Shown here piece by piece: positions 20,255 through 30,434 of a DNA stretch of 39,239 nt. The DNA comes from Armatimonadota bacterium (lineage in GTDB: Bacteria > Armatimonadota > Armatimonadia > Armatimonadales > Armatimonadaceae), in assembly GCA_043754515.1 (NCBI GenBank), contig JAYUUO010000126.1, positions 1 through 39,239 on the forward strand, in the 5' to 3' direction. The notes beneath the pieces were generated by a model, which was given only the letters and a program-made list of their open reading frames with translations, was not told the DNA's origin and ran no database searches. A program made the translations under genes and the position numbers. Every line of letters starts with the position of its first letter. The first letter of the stretch is position 1.

Positions 20255-21349
20255 ATGCGGATCATTATTAAACCATTAGGTGCAACACTCTTAATCGGTA
20301 CTATCGGATTTCTGACATTCAGAACAGTAGTATTGCAACGAACAGTTATTAAGAATGCACCTAATCCTGTAAGTGAAAAACCGATTGGGGGGATGCTCAT
20401 CGGAAAAACGATTCAGGCGCAGAAGACTCAACGACTCGATGTTGGAGGAGTAACGGCATGGGTGCATTGGGGTGGGGATCAGCAAACAGACACTAAAGGG
20501 TTTGATCTTGCGGTGATTTCTTTTGATCCCACTAGCAAAAAAATAGGCGACCTACTGAAATCGGAACCGTATGATAACGATCCTAGAACACTGACCTGGG
20601 AAAACGGCACTGGCACTACGATCGAAAGTCGCCGGGGAGTCCGCATATCGCAGTTGGATAGTGGGTTCCTCCTAACTGTTCCGGCAGATAAATCAGAGCG
20701 AACTCTAACATTTCATGCAGGAGGTATGAACAGTAGCGCAAAATTCGTTGCCCGACTGTCGGACGGTTCTGCCCCTATTTACTCAGGGATGACCCGGCTC
20801 CAGAAGGGAGTCTATGCACAATCTACTATGTGCTTCTATCGTGCTAAATCCGATGGTCAGGCGTTGAGTCTGACATGGGTAAAGGCAGCCGGGAAGGGAT
20901 ATGTTTCTGTAAACGGGGCGTCGCTGGAAAACGGACTTCAATCTCAACAGACACCATTACCGAATCTTATTCCCAATGGCGTTTCCGGCATAATCTATGA
21001 AGCCAAGAATCCAGTGAATACGCTGGGGGGCAGTGCGCAATTGCAGCCATATGGTTGTAACTGGCTGGGGAAGGGTGGCTATATCACCTTTAATGATGTG
21101 AAAGTGATAAGCAGCGGGACGAAATCGGTTGCCGTCACTTATACCAATCCCCATGGAGCTACACAATGGTTTAATATCTCAGTAAACGGAGGGAGGCCAA
21201 TAGCACTCGCCTGTCCTCGTACACCTGAGAATGCGCTAGTATTTGCCACTGTGGACGTTGCCCTGCCCCTCTCGGCGGGGACAAACACAATCAGATTTTA
21301 CAACGATAAAGATCAGGCACCCGACTTAGACAAAATTGACATCAAATAG
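20255..21349 (+). CDS. Membrane-anchored/secreted protein with C-terminal CBM35/CBM6-like module
   Basis: N-terminal hydrophobic segment; YEA...L.G.A...G.ITFN.V...Y.N...ISVNGG...L.AGTNTIRF.N...APDLDKI. Confidence 0.7.
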   Translation: MRIIIKPLGATLLIGTIGFLTFRTVVLQRTVIKNAPNPVSEKPIGGMLIGKTIQAQKTQRLDVGGVTAWVHWGGDQQTDTKGFDLAVISFDPTSKKIGDLLKSEPYDNDPRTLTWENGTGTTIESRRGVRISQLDSGFLLTVPADKSERTLTFHAGGMNSSAKFVARLSDGSAPIYSGMTRLQKGVYAQSTMCFYRAKSDGQALSLTWVKAAGKGYVSVNGASLENGLQSQQTPLPNLIPNGVSGIIYEAKNPVNTLGGSAQLQPYGCNWLGKGGYITFNDVKVISSGTKSVAVTYTNPHGATQWFNISVNGGRPIALACPRTPENALVFATVDVALPLSAGTNTIRFYNDKDQAPDLDKIDIK

Positions 21350-21423
21350 CATTCCGAAAGGTGTGTTTAGTCGCCAGGGATGTGACTAAAGAAGTCAACG
21401 TGTAATTGTGAAGGAGATAAACA

Positions 21424-23694
21424 ATGAGTAAAGGGATAGATATTTGCGAAGGATGTAACCCCGAACCGATGAAAGAACTTGCCCCTATAGTTTTGCCAAA
21501 CGGCTATATCATTGAGTTTTTAATTTCGGAAAGCGGGACCGTCTCAGGCATTGGGGCAGTGCGGCAATCCGGTGGCATTTTGTTGCGCGATCCAGAAACT
21601 CCCTGGTGGGTGCATATTCGGACCCCGGAAGCGATTTTGTTGACAGATTGTCGTTTTCAATCGCGCCGGAAACTTCACGATGGCGGTGAGGTACTCGAAT
21701 TTGCTCTGAATGCAGTCATTGAATCTGCCGTTCCGATGGAATGGATGCTACACGAAGTACGTCCTCGAATCCAGACACGAGGATGGGCCGACGAATTAAC
21801 TCATACCACAATAGATGCATTGCTGAAGTTAGAGGTTCACCCAGTCCATCGAGATATTCCAGGGCACGAAACGGCAACGGGTTTCTCTTATCGCTGGCAT
21901 TACCAGAGCGAAAAATATCCGATCTATAAACTGATGGAGCGCGGTTCCTGGGAGATACACGGTGCAATCACCGGGAATACTTTGTTATTGCGGAACGCGT
22001 TCTCACCGTCTGTAAAAATCTTCGAGAGTTGTTCGCAGAAATTCTCGACCGAATGGTACCTGCCGACAGCGACAAACCCCAATGTATTCCAGTTCCTCCC
22101 CTGGCAGACTGCCTTAGAGGGATTTACGTTGATGTCAGCCGCGGATACAGGCGTGATCATTACCTGGGCGACGGAAATCGCACACATTCGCTCGCTTTTC
22201 GAAAAACACCCTGGAAAGAACGTGCTTGCGCACTGGCACGAACATTGCGCCGATTTGACTAATGACTTTGTGACTAGTCCGATAGAAGTTCTCTTCTTGC
22301 CTAGAACTTTAGCCAAAGGAAACGAGCTGGCAAATCTGTATCTGGGCGTCAAGGAAATGGTTAAAAACTATCTCCATGAAAAGGCAGGATTGTGGCGGGA
22401 TCGAGTGACTCCTTATGGAGTGATTGAGCAATGGGGTCCTGCCGATCTGAAACGATACCGCGACCGGGGTGTTCCGAAATTACTTTCCGCCGGCGTTCAG
22501 ACGATATTTCTCGCGAATCACTTTGAAAATAATATGAATGCCTACGGTGTCGGCAATATGTGCTGCACGGTGGATTGGCGCTTTGCTCAAAGTGTCGGTG
22601 GCGACGCCACAATTATTTCTCTGTGTGCCCGGTGTAAGGTCGCGGGTGCGCGAGTGGAAATGTGGGGGAATACCGCGCTTTCCACGTTCGGGCTCAAGGC
22701 TTGGGAAAACGATACCCCTAGTCCCCGGTTGTCCCCATTACCCCAAGAGAACTCCCCTGTTGCTGCAATGCTTAAAGAGGCAAAAGACCCCTTTGTTCGT
22801 AATGCCGCTGGGCATATTGAATGCGACCACTATGCACCCGTTTTCGCGCAGTTAAACCTTCGTGATCCTGTTGTTTTTCGTTGCTGGAACGCAGCCTGGC
22901 AGCACGCCCATGAAAATATAGGCATCGGTGGAATATTTCTCGATAGTTCTTTCAACATGACAAGCGATAAGTTTCACTGGATCGCCAATCCCGTGCATGG
23001 AGCAGAAAATGGAGGGACTATTGACCAGACACATCTTTTGGGGAACAGCCGTCCGCTAACCGAACCATTATTAGCGATTCAGACTCAGTACCACGCTCAT
23101 TTGGCAATGGTCCGTGCAATGCAAGCAGTAGGATATTCCTACACGGGCGAAGATATTGGTGTTTTCGGAGTTCACCGCGCTGGACCAGGCATTGTCGCCC
23201 GGCTGGATAATCTCTTCTGCTGGGCGGATTCTCTTTGCACCTTTGACGGATCAGCACTTCAAGCAGTTGGGAAAAATCCGAATGAAATTTTTTTCCGCGG
23301 TTTGTCTTACAGGATGATGTGGATGCTTTACTGGGATGTCGAAAGAGATCTGCTAACATGGAACTACCCGACCTCTGATGCGCCGACAGATACGTCAGAG
23401 GTCGCACCGACAGAACTACAAATCGCCCTCCTCAAAGTGTTCGGGAAATTGCGCCCGATAATGGAAGGGGCAGGTGCACCGACTATCCTCACCGGCAGGG
23501 ATGGGGTCGAAGCAGGAGTTCTCTATCGCTTAAAGAACGACCCTACCAGAGCGATTGTCTGGACATTTGTGCCGGTTGATCTGCTCGCCGAATTCCCTCT
23601 GGTTATCAACGCGGAGAATATCCTCGCTGGCCAAATGCATTCATTACTTGACCCGTTAGAGGCATGGCAAATATATCATCTCAAAATGGGATAG
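21424..23694 (+). CDS. Conserved hypothetical protein, possible glycoside-hydrolase-like TIM barrel
   Basis: 756-aa ORF with GAAGGAG RBS; LNLRDP...W.......GIGGIFLDS resembles GH-like barrels; no family recognised. Confidence 0.6.
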   Translation: MSKGIDICEGCNPEPMKELAPIVLPNGYIIEFLISESGTVSGIGAVRQSGGILLRDPETPWWVHIRTPEAILLTDCRFQSRRKLHDGGEVLEFALNAVIESAVPMEWMLHEVRPRIQTRGWADELTHTTIDALLKLEVHPVHRDIPGHETATGFSYRWHYQSEKYPIYKLMERGSWEIHGAITGNTLLLRNAFSPSVKIFESCSQKFSTEWYLPTATNPNVFQFLPWQTALEGFTLMSAADTGVIITWATEIAHIRSLFEKHPGKNVLAHWHEHCADLTNDFVTSPIEVLFLPRTLAKGNELANLYLGVKEMVKNYLHEKAGLWRDRVTPYGVIEQWGPADLKRYRDRGVPKLLSAGVQTIFLANHFENNMNAYGVGNMCCTVDWRFAQSVGGDATIISLCARCKVAGARVEMWGNTALSTFGLKAWENDTPSPRLSPLPQENSPVAAMLKEAKDPFVRNAAGHIECDHYAPVFAQLNLRDPVVFRCWNAAWQHAHENIGIGGIFLDSSFNMTSDKFHWIANPVHGAENGGTIDQTHLLGNSRPLTEPLLAIQTQYHAHLAMVRAMQAVGYSYTGEDIGVFGVHRAGPGIVARLDNLFCWADSLCTFDGSALQAVGKNPNEIFFRGLSYRMMWMLYWDVERDLLTWNYPTSDAPTDTSEVAPTELQIALLKVFGKLRPIMEGAGAPTILTGRDGVEAGVLYRLKNDPTRAIVWTFVPVDLLAEFPLVINAENILAGQMHSLLDPLEAWQIYHLKMG

Positions 23695-23766
23695 GTAAAT
23701 GAGATAGGTAGCGGTGCGGTATGGCGCAATCAATTTAACAATCGAAAGACAAATGACCTTAATCAC

Positions 23767-24117
23767 ATGCAATTGAAGTTACGTCGGGGACTTTTGAGAG
23801 ACGGACGTATCGCAGGCGAGTTCGCGGACGGCATTATTGATTCCGAAACCGGGATATTACTTACCGTCGCAAACCGAGCGCAAGAATCGACAGTACGCTT
23901 TGAAGATCGCTATCGAATATCGCGACGCTATGTCGGATATATCGCTAATATTCACCCGATGCATGCCGAATGGGCGATCAAGGCGGCTGAATCAGGGAAG
24001 CACATTTTGGTTGAGAAGCCAACCGGCATAAATGCCTTATGCCAATTATGCCCTAGCCAAGTCGGGCACGCGGCCTTTCGCCTCACACGCCTCACGGGAA
24101 TACACCATCGATCCTGA
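23767..24117 (+). pseudogene. Gfo/Idh/MocA oxidoreductase fragment
   Basis: GRIAGEFA and HPMHAEWAIKAAESGKHILVEKP motifs; truncated and degenerate. Confidence 0.7.
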
Positions 24118-24265
24118 ATTTACGTATCCTTTGTCAGGCGTTTCCGACATTCCCTTTTGTCGGTCTAAAACGTCCTCGCGAAGTAGACACCAATATGCGG
24201 GCACTCGACATTCATCTCTCGCGTGAGGAGATGCTCTGGCTTAACCTGAAAATGGAACTAAAACA

Positions 24266-27200
24266 ATGAATTTGAAGCGCAAGAGCTTACCCAGTAGGGT
24301 TGCAATTGTTGGTTCACTCGGTCTTCTCGCTCTGTGCACAACAAGTGCTTCGGGGCAGATGGTAACCGGGAGCAAAATGACAGATTTCAATGCAGTTTTC
24401 GGATTGACGGAAAGTCCAAGGCAACAAGAAATCGAACCTAAGTTAACCGCATGTAGTATTCCGGGAAATATTCTCTGGCCAGACGATAAGCCAACCTTTA
24501 CCGTAACCGTAACCAACAAAACAAGTGCTCCACTCACACTGAAGGGTAAAGTTTCTGTGATTGCCTACGGGACGAAAGGCAAATCGGGTGATATCTGGAC
24601 TCCCACCGTAGTAAAGTTCGGGGATTCGGGAGCCGTTCCCGTAATTCTGCAACTGAATTCTAAGGGAGCATCGTCATTCACGATCTCACCAACTATTCCA
24701 GCACGCTTCGGTGCTTACGCCTTGATTCTTGATCTGGGAGCAAAGCACGGTAAACATTTCTTAACTTCCTGTGTCCGCACCTTCCGCCCGCAGACAGGAC
24801 GTATCCAATATCCTTCTTTCTGTCTGGATAATCTGGGAGTTGACGTTTTATCACGTCTGGGTGTTCATGCGATCCGTTGGGGCATTACTTATAAGCCAAC
24901 TTCGGATAAAAATTTCGAGGAATGGTATCAACAACAAAGTGAGGAACTGCGACGACTCAATGCCGCCAATATTACGGTTCTCGCCATGTTCGGTGGCGGG
25001 GATTTCTATCATCAAAACCAACCATTGGGAAGACCGCGGCCCTGGCTCGACGATAAGGGGACTATGCAGGATACCAAGTTTGATCTGGCATGGTTGCCCT
25101 CCTATGACCCTGATTTCAAAAAAATGGTTGCTCGATTGATCAAAGATTACGGTTGGCCCAAAGGTCCGATTACGGCCGTCTCGCTCTGGAATGAGCCGTG
25201 GGAGGGCATTTCGATCTCTGGATGGGGAGCGGATATGCCCCGTTACCGCGAAATATATTCCGCAATGGTAGAAGGGGTAAAAGACGCACGCCGAGACGGG
25301 GCAGACGTGCTTGTCGGTGGTTGTGACTCTTCATCGAATGCCCTCGATAAACTTTTTGGCGATGGTTCGGACAAGTTTCTCCCGTATTTCGATTTTTTGA
25401 GCGTACATTATCAGGGGATGCAATCGTTTGCGACGTACAAACCATTCGTTGATCGAAGAACCAAAAATGGGCGCGTGAAAATATGGGACACGGAAAGTTG
25501 GGTCGCCAATACCGATGATCGCGTCGCGGCGGTGGTCGCGACAAACCGTGCTGCCGGGTATGACCGTGCAATGGGGGTTTATGGCGGGAACATCTCCGAC
25601 TCCGACCCACATACAGATGGCGGTGCGAACGCCTGGCCGGTTGCTGCTTCCGTCGGTGCCGTCCAGTATTTCATCGGTGACCGAGAATTCAAAACCCTTC
25701 TCTTTTTAAATGGCTTGCCTTGGGTAATGGTTTTCGATGGTAGGAATGGGAATCAGGAAGATGGAACCGTGGTCGTTGTCGGCGATATTGGCGAGGAATT
25801 CGGTACAAATAGTGTAGCGTTCCGAACGGCTCGTGGTCTTACGGAAATGAATCGCAAGGAAACGATTCGGACACAGTTATCTACCTTGTCTGCATCTCAA
25901 TTGGACGCCCCCATCCCTGGTAATAAGTCAGGCGAGAAAGGCAGCAAGCCGCTTACATTGCGACAAATGTTGTTGCATTTACTGGAAACCGATCATACAT
26001 TGACCGACGCCTCTATAACTATCGTCGCCGACGGTCAGAATAGGTACAGCCTTTTCGACTTTTATGGGAATCCGGTTCCGACAAACAAAAAGAGAATTAC
26101 CATCCCCTTGGATGGGCGTGGGTTCTTCCTGCGTGGGAATGGAAAGCCGGGATCATTCGCGGCACTTTTGGCGTCGCTCAAAACAGGACAGATTCGTGGG
26201 GTCGAAGCACTTGCGATTCAGGTTCATGATCTGACATCCACTATAGAAACCAATCCGGAACTACGTTTGACGGTGACCAATGTGTTGAATCGAATCGTTA
26301 CCGGAAATCTTGCGGTAAATGTGGGAGGTATAAAACTTCAGCAACCTTCCCGCATGTTGACGCTAAAGCCGAACGAAACCCGCACTGTAACGATACGAGT
26401 TTCAGGTGGGAAACCTAATCCGAGCAACAGCTACCCACTTGCTGTCCATTTCGGGGCGGGCGACACTGTCGCCACGCATTTCGAAAATCTGCATGTCAAC
26501 ATCATTGCAAACCGGAAAATTGATGTAGACGGGAATCTTGCCGATTGGGATGGTGTGTTGCCGCAGACGATTGTTGCGCCAGGAGATGCTTCGCCAACGA
26601 TCACAGAAGCTGCATGGTTTCCATTTAAAAAATTCGACGTGAGTACTGGCAGTGGCCTAGCGACGGGATATGTTGCCTCCGATGACGACAATTTCTATTT
26701 TGCTGCGAAAGTCGCGGATACTACACCCGACGGAGGAACATTCCGATTTGAAACTTTGGATGCGGATCAATTCTTCTATCCCGAGCGCAGTTTTGCACCA
26801 GTCAAACACTTCGGAGGTGCGCCTGAAGCCCCCCTTGATGGCATGGTGTGGCCAGAGGGAGTACGCCGTTATTCCTACCGCAAAGACCCGGTACTGCCTG
26901 CCGGAAACGCGCCGAATTTCGATAACGTCCAGATCGCTTTCAACGTTCTGCCGACAGCAGAAAAGCGGTTTTACCCGCATCCGCCCGGAACATTCACCGG
27001 GTTTACCACAGAGAACAATTCATCAGATTATGAGTTCGCCCTGAACAAAGTCGCGCAGAAATACGGCGGTGGCACCGAGATCTGGCGGTTAAGCACTCCC
27101 AAAATGCCACTGAAACATTTTTATCCGCGTCAGGGAAAATCGCCGTTCGATGGCCCTGTAAGAGGGGGAAAGTTGGTAATTTTGCAGGAACTGAACACAC

Positions 27201-27430
27201 GTATAGTCGAATGTGCAATTCCATGGTCGGAAATCCCGGAGGTTATGGCAGCGAAGAAGGCGGGTACACCCATCCAGTTCAGTTTCCGGATAAACGATAG
27301 TGCCGGGATTGGATGTATGGAACTCGCACGTGGACGGAGTATCGCAAAAACTGGTGGGTCTTTCCATGCCGAGTGGGTGGAACACTGGGAGAATAAAATT
27401 TCGTTCGGATGGGAATCTTCGAGGCATTAA
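24266..27430 (+). CDS. Large secreted clan GH-A-like glycoside hydrolase (GH39-like) with C-terminal CBM9/DOMON-like sugar-binding domain
   Basis: Signal peptide; SLWNEP (acid/base), DFLSVHY, KIWDTESW (nucleophile); IDVDGNLADW and DDNFYFAAKVAD. Confidence 0.7.
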   Translation: MNLKRKSLPSRVAIVGSLGLLALCTTSASGQMVTGSKMTDFNAVFGLTESPRQQEIEPKLTACSIPGNILWPDDKPTFTVTVTNKTSAPLTLKGKVSVIAYGTKGKSGDIWTPTVVKFGDSGAVPVILQLNSKGASSFTISPTIPARFGAYALILDLGAKHGKHFLTSCVRTFRPQTGRIQYPSFCLDNLGVDVLSRLGVHAIRWGITYKPTSDKNFEEWYQQQSEELRRLNAANITVLAMFGGGDFYHQNQPLGRPRPWLDDKGTMQDTKFDLAWLPSYDPDFKKMVARLIKDYGWPKGPITAVSLWNEPWEGISISGWGADMPRYREIYSAMVEGVKDARRDGADVLVGGCDSSSNALDKLFGDGSDKFLPYFDFLSVHYQGMQSFATYKPFVDRRTKNGRVKIWDTESWVANTDDRVAAVVATNRAAGYDRAMGVYGGNISDSDPHTDGGANAWPVAASVGAVQYFIGDREFKTLLFLNGLPWVMVFDGRNGNQEDGTVVVVGDIGEEFGTNSVAFRTARGLTEMNRKETIRTQLSTLSASQLDAPIPGNKSGEKGSKPLTLRQMLLHLLETDHTLTDASITIVADGQNRYSLFDFYGNPVPTNKKRITIPLDGRGFFLRGNGKPGSFAALLASLKTGQIRGVEALAIQVHDLTSTIETNPELRLTVTNVLNRIVTGNLAVNVGGIKLQQPSRMLTLKPNETRTVTIRVSGGKPNPSNSYPLAVHFGAGDTVATHFENLHVNIIANRKIDVDGNLADWDGVLPQTIVAPGDASPTITEAAWFPFKKFDVSTGSGLATGYVASDDDNFYFAAKVADTTPDGGTFRFETLDADQFFYPERSFAPVKHFGGAPEAPLDGMVWPEGVRRYSYRKDPVLPAGNAPNFDNVQIAFNVLPTAEKRFYPHPPGTFTGFTTENNSSDYEFALNKVAQKYGGGTEIWRLSTPKMPLKHFYPRQGKSPFDGPVRGGKLVILQELNTRIVECAIPWSEIPEVMAAKKAGTPIQFSFRINDSAGIGCMELARGRSIAKTGGSFHAEWVEHWENKISFGWESSRH

Positions 27431-28462
27431 GTGATAACAGATCCAATCGTTCTTGTTGGGAGATCCCTCATTGCTTCCCCTGAAATTGTCCTCACCAATC
27501 GCATCATCAAGGCATGGGTACTTCTTCCCGACGCAGTTCACGGATATTATCGCGGCCCACGCTTCGATGGATCTGGTATCGTGCGTCGAGTTGAATATCA
27601 GGATCATGTCTATTTTGATCGGCTACTCCGACCGGATATGCCTGTTGGCGATCCCAAAAACCACGAAAGTGGAGCCATCGGAACCGCCAGCGAGTTTGGT
27701 CTGGACATACCACCGCTTGGATACGACGAGGCAAAACCTGATGGCTCGTTTTTGAAAATTGGTGTGGGAGAGCTGCAACGCATTGATCGCGAACCATATG
27801 GCTTTTGGAAGCCGTACCCGCATGTAAAGCCAGGAAAATGGCATATGTCGCGTCGCCCGGTTACTGGGGCGGCGCAACAAATCTGCTTCCGTCAAGAAGT
27901 AATCGGTCCGCGTTACTGGTCTTACGATTACGAGACTGTCGTCGGATTGCCATACCCTGACCGTCCTGAAGTACATATTTCGCGCCGACTACACAATAGC
28001 GGTAAAAAGATGATTCGAACGGAGCACTACGTCCACAATTTTATGGGAATTGATCAAACGCCCATTGGACCCGACTACCGACTGGAGTTTCCTTTTGCTT
28101 CAGTAGCGACTCATCCATTCGATCCCGTAGTAGTTGATTTACGTGTCGTTTCCTCCGCCAAGAGGGAAACTATAATCCGATTTCATAATACTCCTCAAGT
28201 TGACATCTATGGCGAGCTAGGTAGTATTCCTAAATCCGCCTCGGGGAATGCGGCAGTTCTTGTGAACGAAGCGACCGGAGCAGGCATTCGCGTGGCGGGG
28301 GATCATGGTCCCTCGACCATTCATATTTGGGGAACATCCAGGGTCCTATGCCCAGAATTGTTTGTGCCGATAGTGCTGGCACCGGGGCAGACTATGAATT
28401 GGTCAATACGTTATATATTTGAAGCTGATAGTCCCTCGTTGCGCGCATCCAAACTAGGCTGA
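27431..28462 (+). CDS. Conserved hypothetical protein, possible galactose-mutarotase-like fold
   Basis: GTG abuts the upstream stop; GYYRGPRFD.SG, FLKIGVG.L, L.NSG...HY.HNF, CPE.F..I.L.PG....W...Y.F. Confidence 0.65.
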   Translation: MITDPIVLVGRSLIASPEIVLTNRIIKAWVLLPDAVHGYYRGPRFDGSGIVRRVEYQDHVYFDRLLRPDMPVGDPKNHESGAIGTASEFGLDIPPLGYDEAKPDGSFLKIGVGELQRIDREPYGFWKPYPHVKPGKWHMSRRPVTGAAQQICFRQEVIGPRYWSYDYETVVGLPYPDRPEVHISRRLHNSGKKMIRTEHYVHNFMGIDQTPIGPDYRLEFPFASVATHPFDPVVVDLRVVSSAKRETIIRFHNTPQVDIYGELGSIPKSASGNAAVLVNEATGAGIRVAGDHGPSTIHIWGTSRVLCPELFVPIVLAPGQTMNWSIRYIFEADSPSLRASKLG

Positions 28463-28464
28463 CC

Positions 28465-28599
28465 GGTCGTCCCCGTGTGCTGGATGCGAGCAATCAGCAG
28501 ATAGCTCAGTCGCTTCGATCCGCCCTAAAGCAAACCATTACTGCGATCTGAAAGACGCTTGGCATCTCCCGCGCCACCTTCTATCGCTATACAAAATAG
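28465..28599 (+). pseudogene. C-terminal HTH remnant of a serine resolvase (paralog of 32124-32690)
   Basis: GRPRVLDASNQQIAQSLRSALKQTITAI*KTLGISRATFYRYTK* aligns with GRPAALDVGKQKIAQTLRDDTSQGVAAICKTLGVSRATFYRHT. Confidence 0.8.
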
Positions 28600-28691
28600 G
28601 GCAGGGTGAAGCACCCCTAGCAATCACCCGCTGCAGTAACCCGCTCGAAGTAACAAACCGAAGAGCCGACGAAAGGAGCGACGACCGTCGT

Positions 28692-28804
28692 GAAATCGTC
28701 CGGCATGCCGGACGATTTCGCATGTTTTACCGACATGTTTTACCGAGCTGATGGAGCCAAGTCAATACCGGTTTCGTCACCGGTTTCGTCAATACTGGTT
28801 TCGT
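28692..28804. repeat. 28-bp perfect palindrome plus short tandem repeats
   Basis: GAAATCGTCCGGCATGCCGGACGATTTC (28692-28719); CATGTTTTACCGA x2 (28721-28746); three GGTTTCGT units (28761-28804). Confidence 0.85.
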
Positions 28805-29048
28805 GGGCGGGCCTTTATCGACGATGTATTCCCGTCATCTGTGTCTGGTCTTATGATTAAACAGTTATGATAAATATGATTGCGCAAGATCACCTTATCA
28901 GAAACCTGCTCATGCTTCCAATGGTGGCAAATGGTGGCAACTTGAGTTAGTAACATACACTTTTGATTCCGTTCTTCCGATACTTTTATCAAGAGCAATG
29001 ATAGGAAGACGTACATTGCTCCCGCTTGTTTATCAGAAAGGTTCCCCG

Positions 29049-30092
29049 ATGCTCTGCCGTTCGTTTGAGAAAGGTCCCGTGGCACTTGTTTCGTTTCTTT
29101 CGCTGGTCATGTTTCTGGCGACTCCAGTGCCCGCTCACGCTGTTCTCTATCGCGATGACCTCACGACTCCTTTGGTGAACGATCCCTATGTAGGCAGCCA
29201 GGCGACGCGGCAAGCCGGGTATCTGGCCCTGGCAGGTCTCTCCCAATTCGCACCCGTGGGAAACCTGCAACTCACCGGCAATGCACGTCTCGCCTCCGGG
29301 ACATTGATCGCGCCGCAATGGGTTCTCACTGCCGCGCATTGCACCACCGATGGAGTAGGGGTATCGCAATTCAATATCCATGATTATTCCTCGAATACCG
29401 ATGTGCCCTATAACGTCGATCAAACCTATACGAACCCCGATTACAATTCCTCGGTCAGTTACTCGAACGACATCGCTCTTGTGCATCTGTCCACCCCGGT
29501 TATCGGAGTGACGCCCGCGTACCTGTACGGTGGAACCGGTGAACTGGGGCAGATCGGTGTCAGCGTCGGCTATGGACGCTCCGGCACCGGACTGACCGGG
29601 GAGCAGACCGGCTCACCGAACGGTGCGGGCAGAACCATCGCTTATAAACGCGCCTGTGAGAATATCATTGATGTAGCTGGAAACGACACTTATGACGGAT
29701 TGAGCAATGTCGTCGAATCCGATTTCGACGCGGCGACGGGTTCACAAAGTAGTAACTCGCTGTCGGCGTTCGGTTCGAGCGCCACACCTCTAGGACTGGA
29801 GGGATGTATTGGTTCAGGTGACAGCGGGGGACCGGTCTTTTCCTTTATCGGCAACGCCTGGCAGATCGTCGGTGTGCACAGTACAGTTTGGGGAAGCACA
29901 GTAGGCTATTATGGCGACTGGTGCGCATCTACCCGCGTTTCGTCTTATGCGTCCTGGATTCAAAGCGTCAGCGGCGTTTCCACCTTCAAAACTACGGCGG
30001 TTGTTCCCGAAGCAGGGACGGTCGCGCTGGCGGGATGGGGCGCGATGGTCTTCGTGGCTTTCGCTGTCCAGCGCAATCGTCGTGCCGCCTGA
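29049..30092 (+). CDS. Trypsin-like (S1) serine protease with PEP-CTERM sorting signal
   Basis: SGTLIAPQWVLTAAHC, NDIAL, GDSGGP triad; signal peptide; VPEAGT-TM-RNRR tail; start uncertain (28998/29049). Confidence 0.9.
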   Translation: MLCRSFEKGPVALVSFLSLVMFLATPVPAHAVLYRDDLTTPLVNDPYVGSQATRQAGYLALAGLSQFAPVGNLQLTGNARLASGTLIAPQWVLTAAHCTTDGVGVSQFNIHDYSSNTDVPYNVDQTYTNPDYNSSVSYSNDIALVHLSTPVIGVTPAYLYGGTGELGQIGVSVGYGRSGTGLTGEQTGSPNGAGRTIAYKRACENIIDVAGNDTYDGLSNVVESDFDAATGSQSSNSLSAFGSSATPLGLEGCIGSGDSGGPVFSFIGNAWQIVGVHSTVWGSTVGYYGDWCASTRVSSYASWIQSVSGVSTFKTTAVVPEAGTVALAGWGAMVFVAFAVQRNRRAA

Positions 30093-30296
30093 GTTTGTGC
30101 CTTCCGCTTGCCGTTTTAAAAACGATTCCGCCCGCGGGCATGCCATGCCGCGAAGCGTCGCTTACGGCGCAAATCCTTCTTTGGGTCGGGTCGTAGTAGG
30201 TCCAGAACAAACATACTTGAATAAACATACCTGACCAAACATAGCTGTCACCCCGGCAAAACGCGTTTTGCCTGAGCCACCACATTGGGATTAGTC

Positions 30297-30420
30297 CTGA
30301 GATTTATCGCTCGTTTGCGTGACAGGCTCCTTGAGGTTGCTGGATAGAATAAAATCTGTCACATATCCCATCACTTAAACTATGTGACCTAAACGGTGAT
30401 TGGATTCACCAGCGTGACAG
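30297..30420. promoter_or_regulatory. Second Tn3-type res remnant (right half of site I plus accessory subsites)
   Basis: CGTTTGCGTGACA-N32-TGTCACAT...ACTAT...AAACGG aligns without gaps to 6510-6594. Confidence 0.7.
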
Positions 30421-30434
30421 CCGTCAAAACGGCG

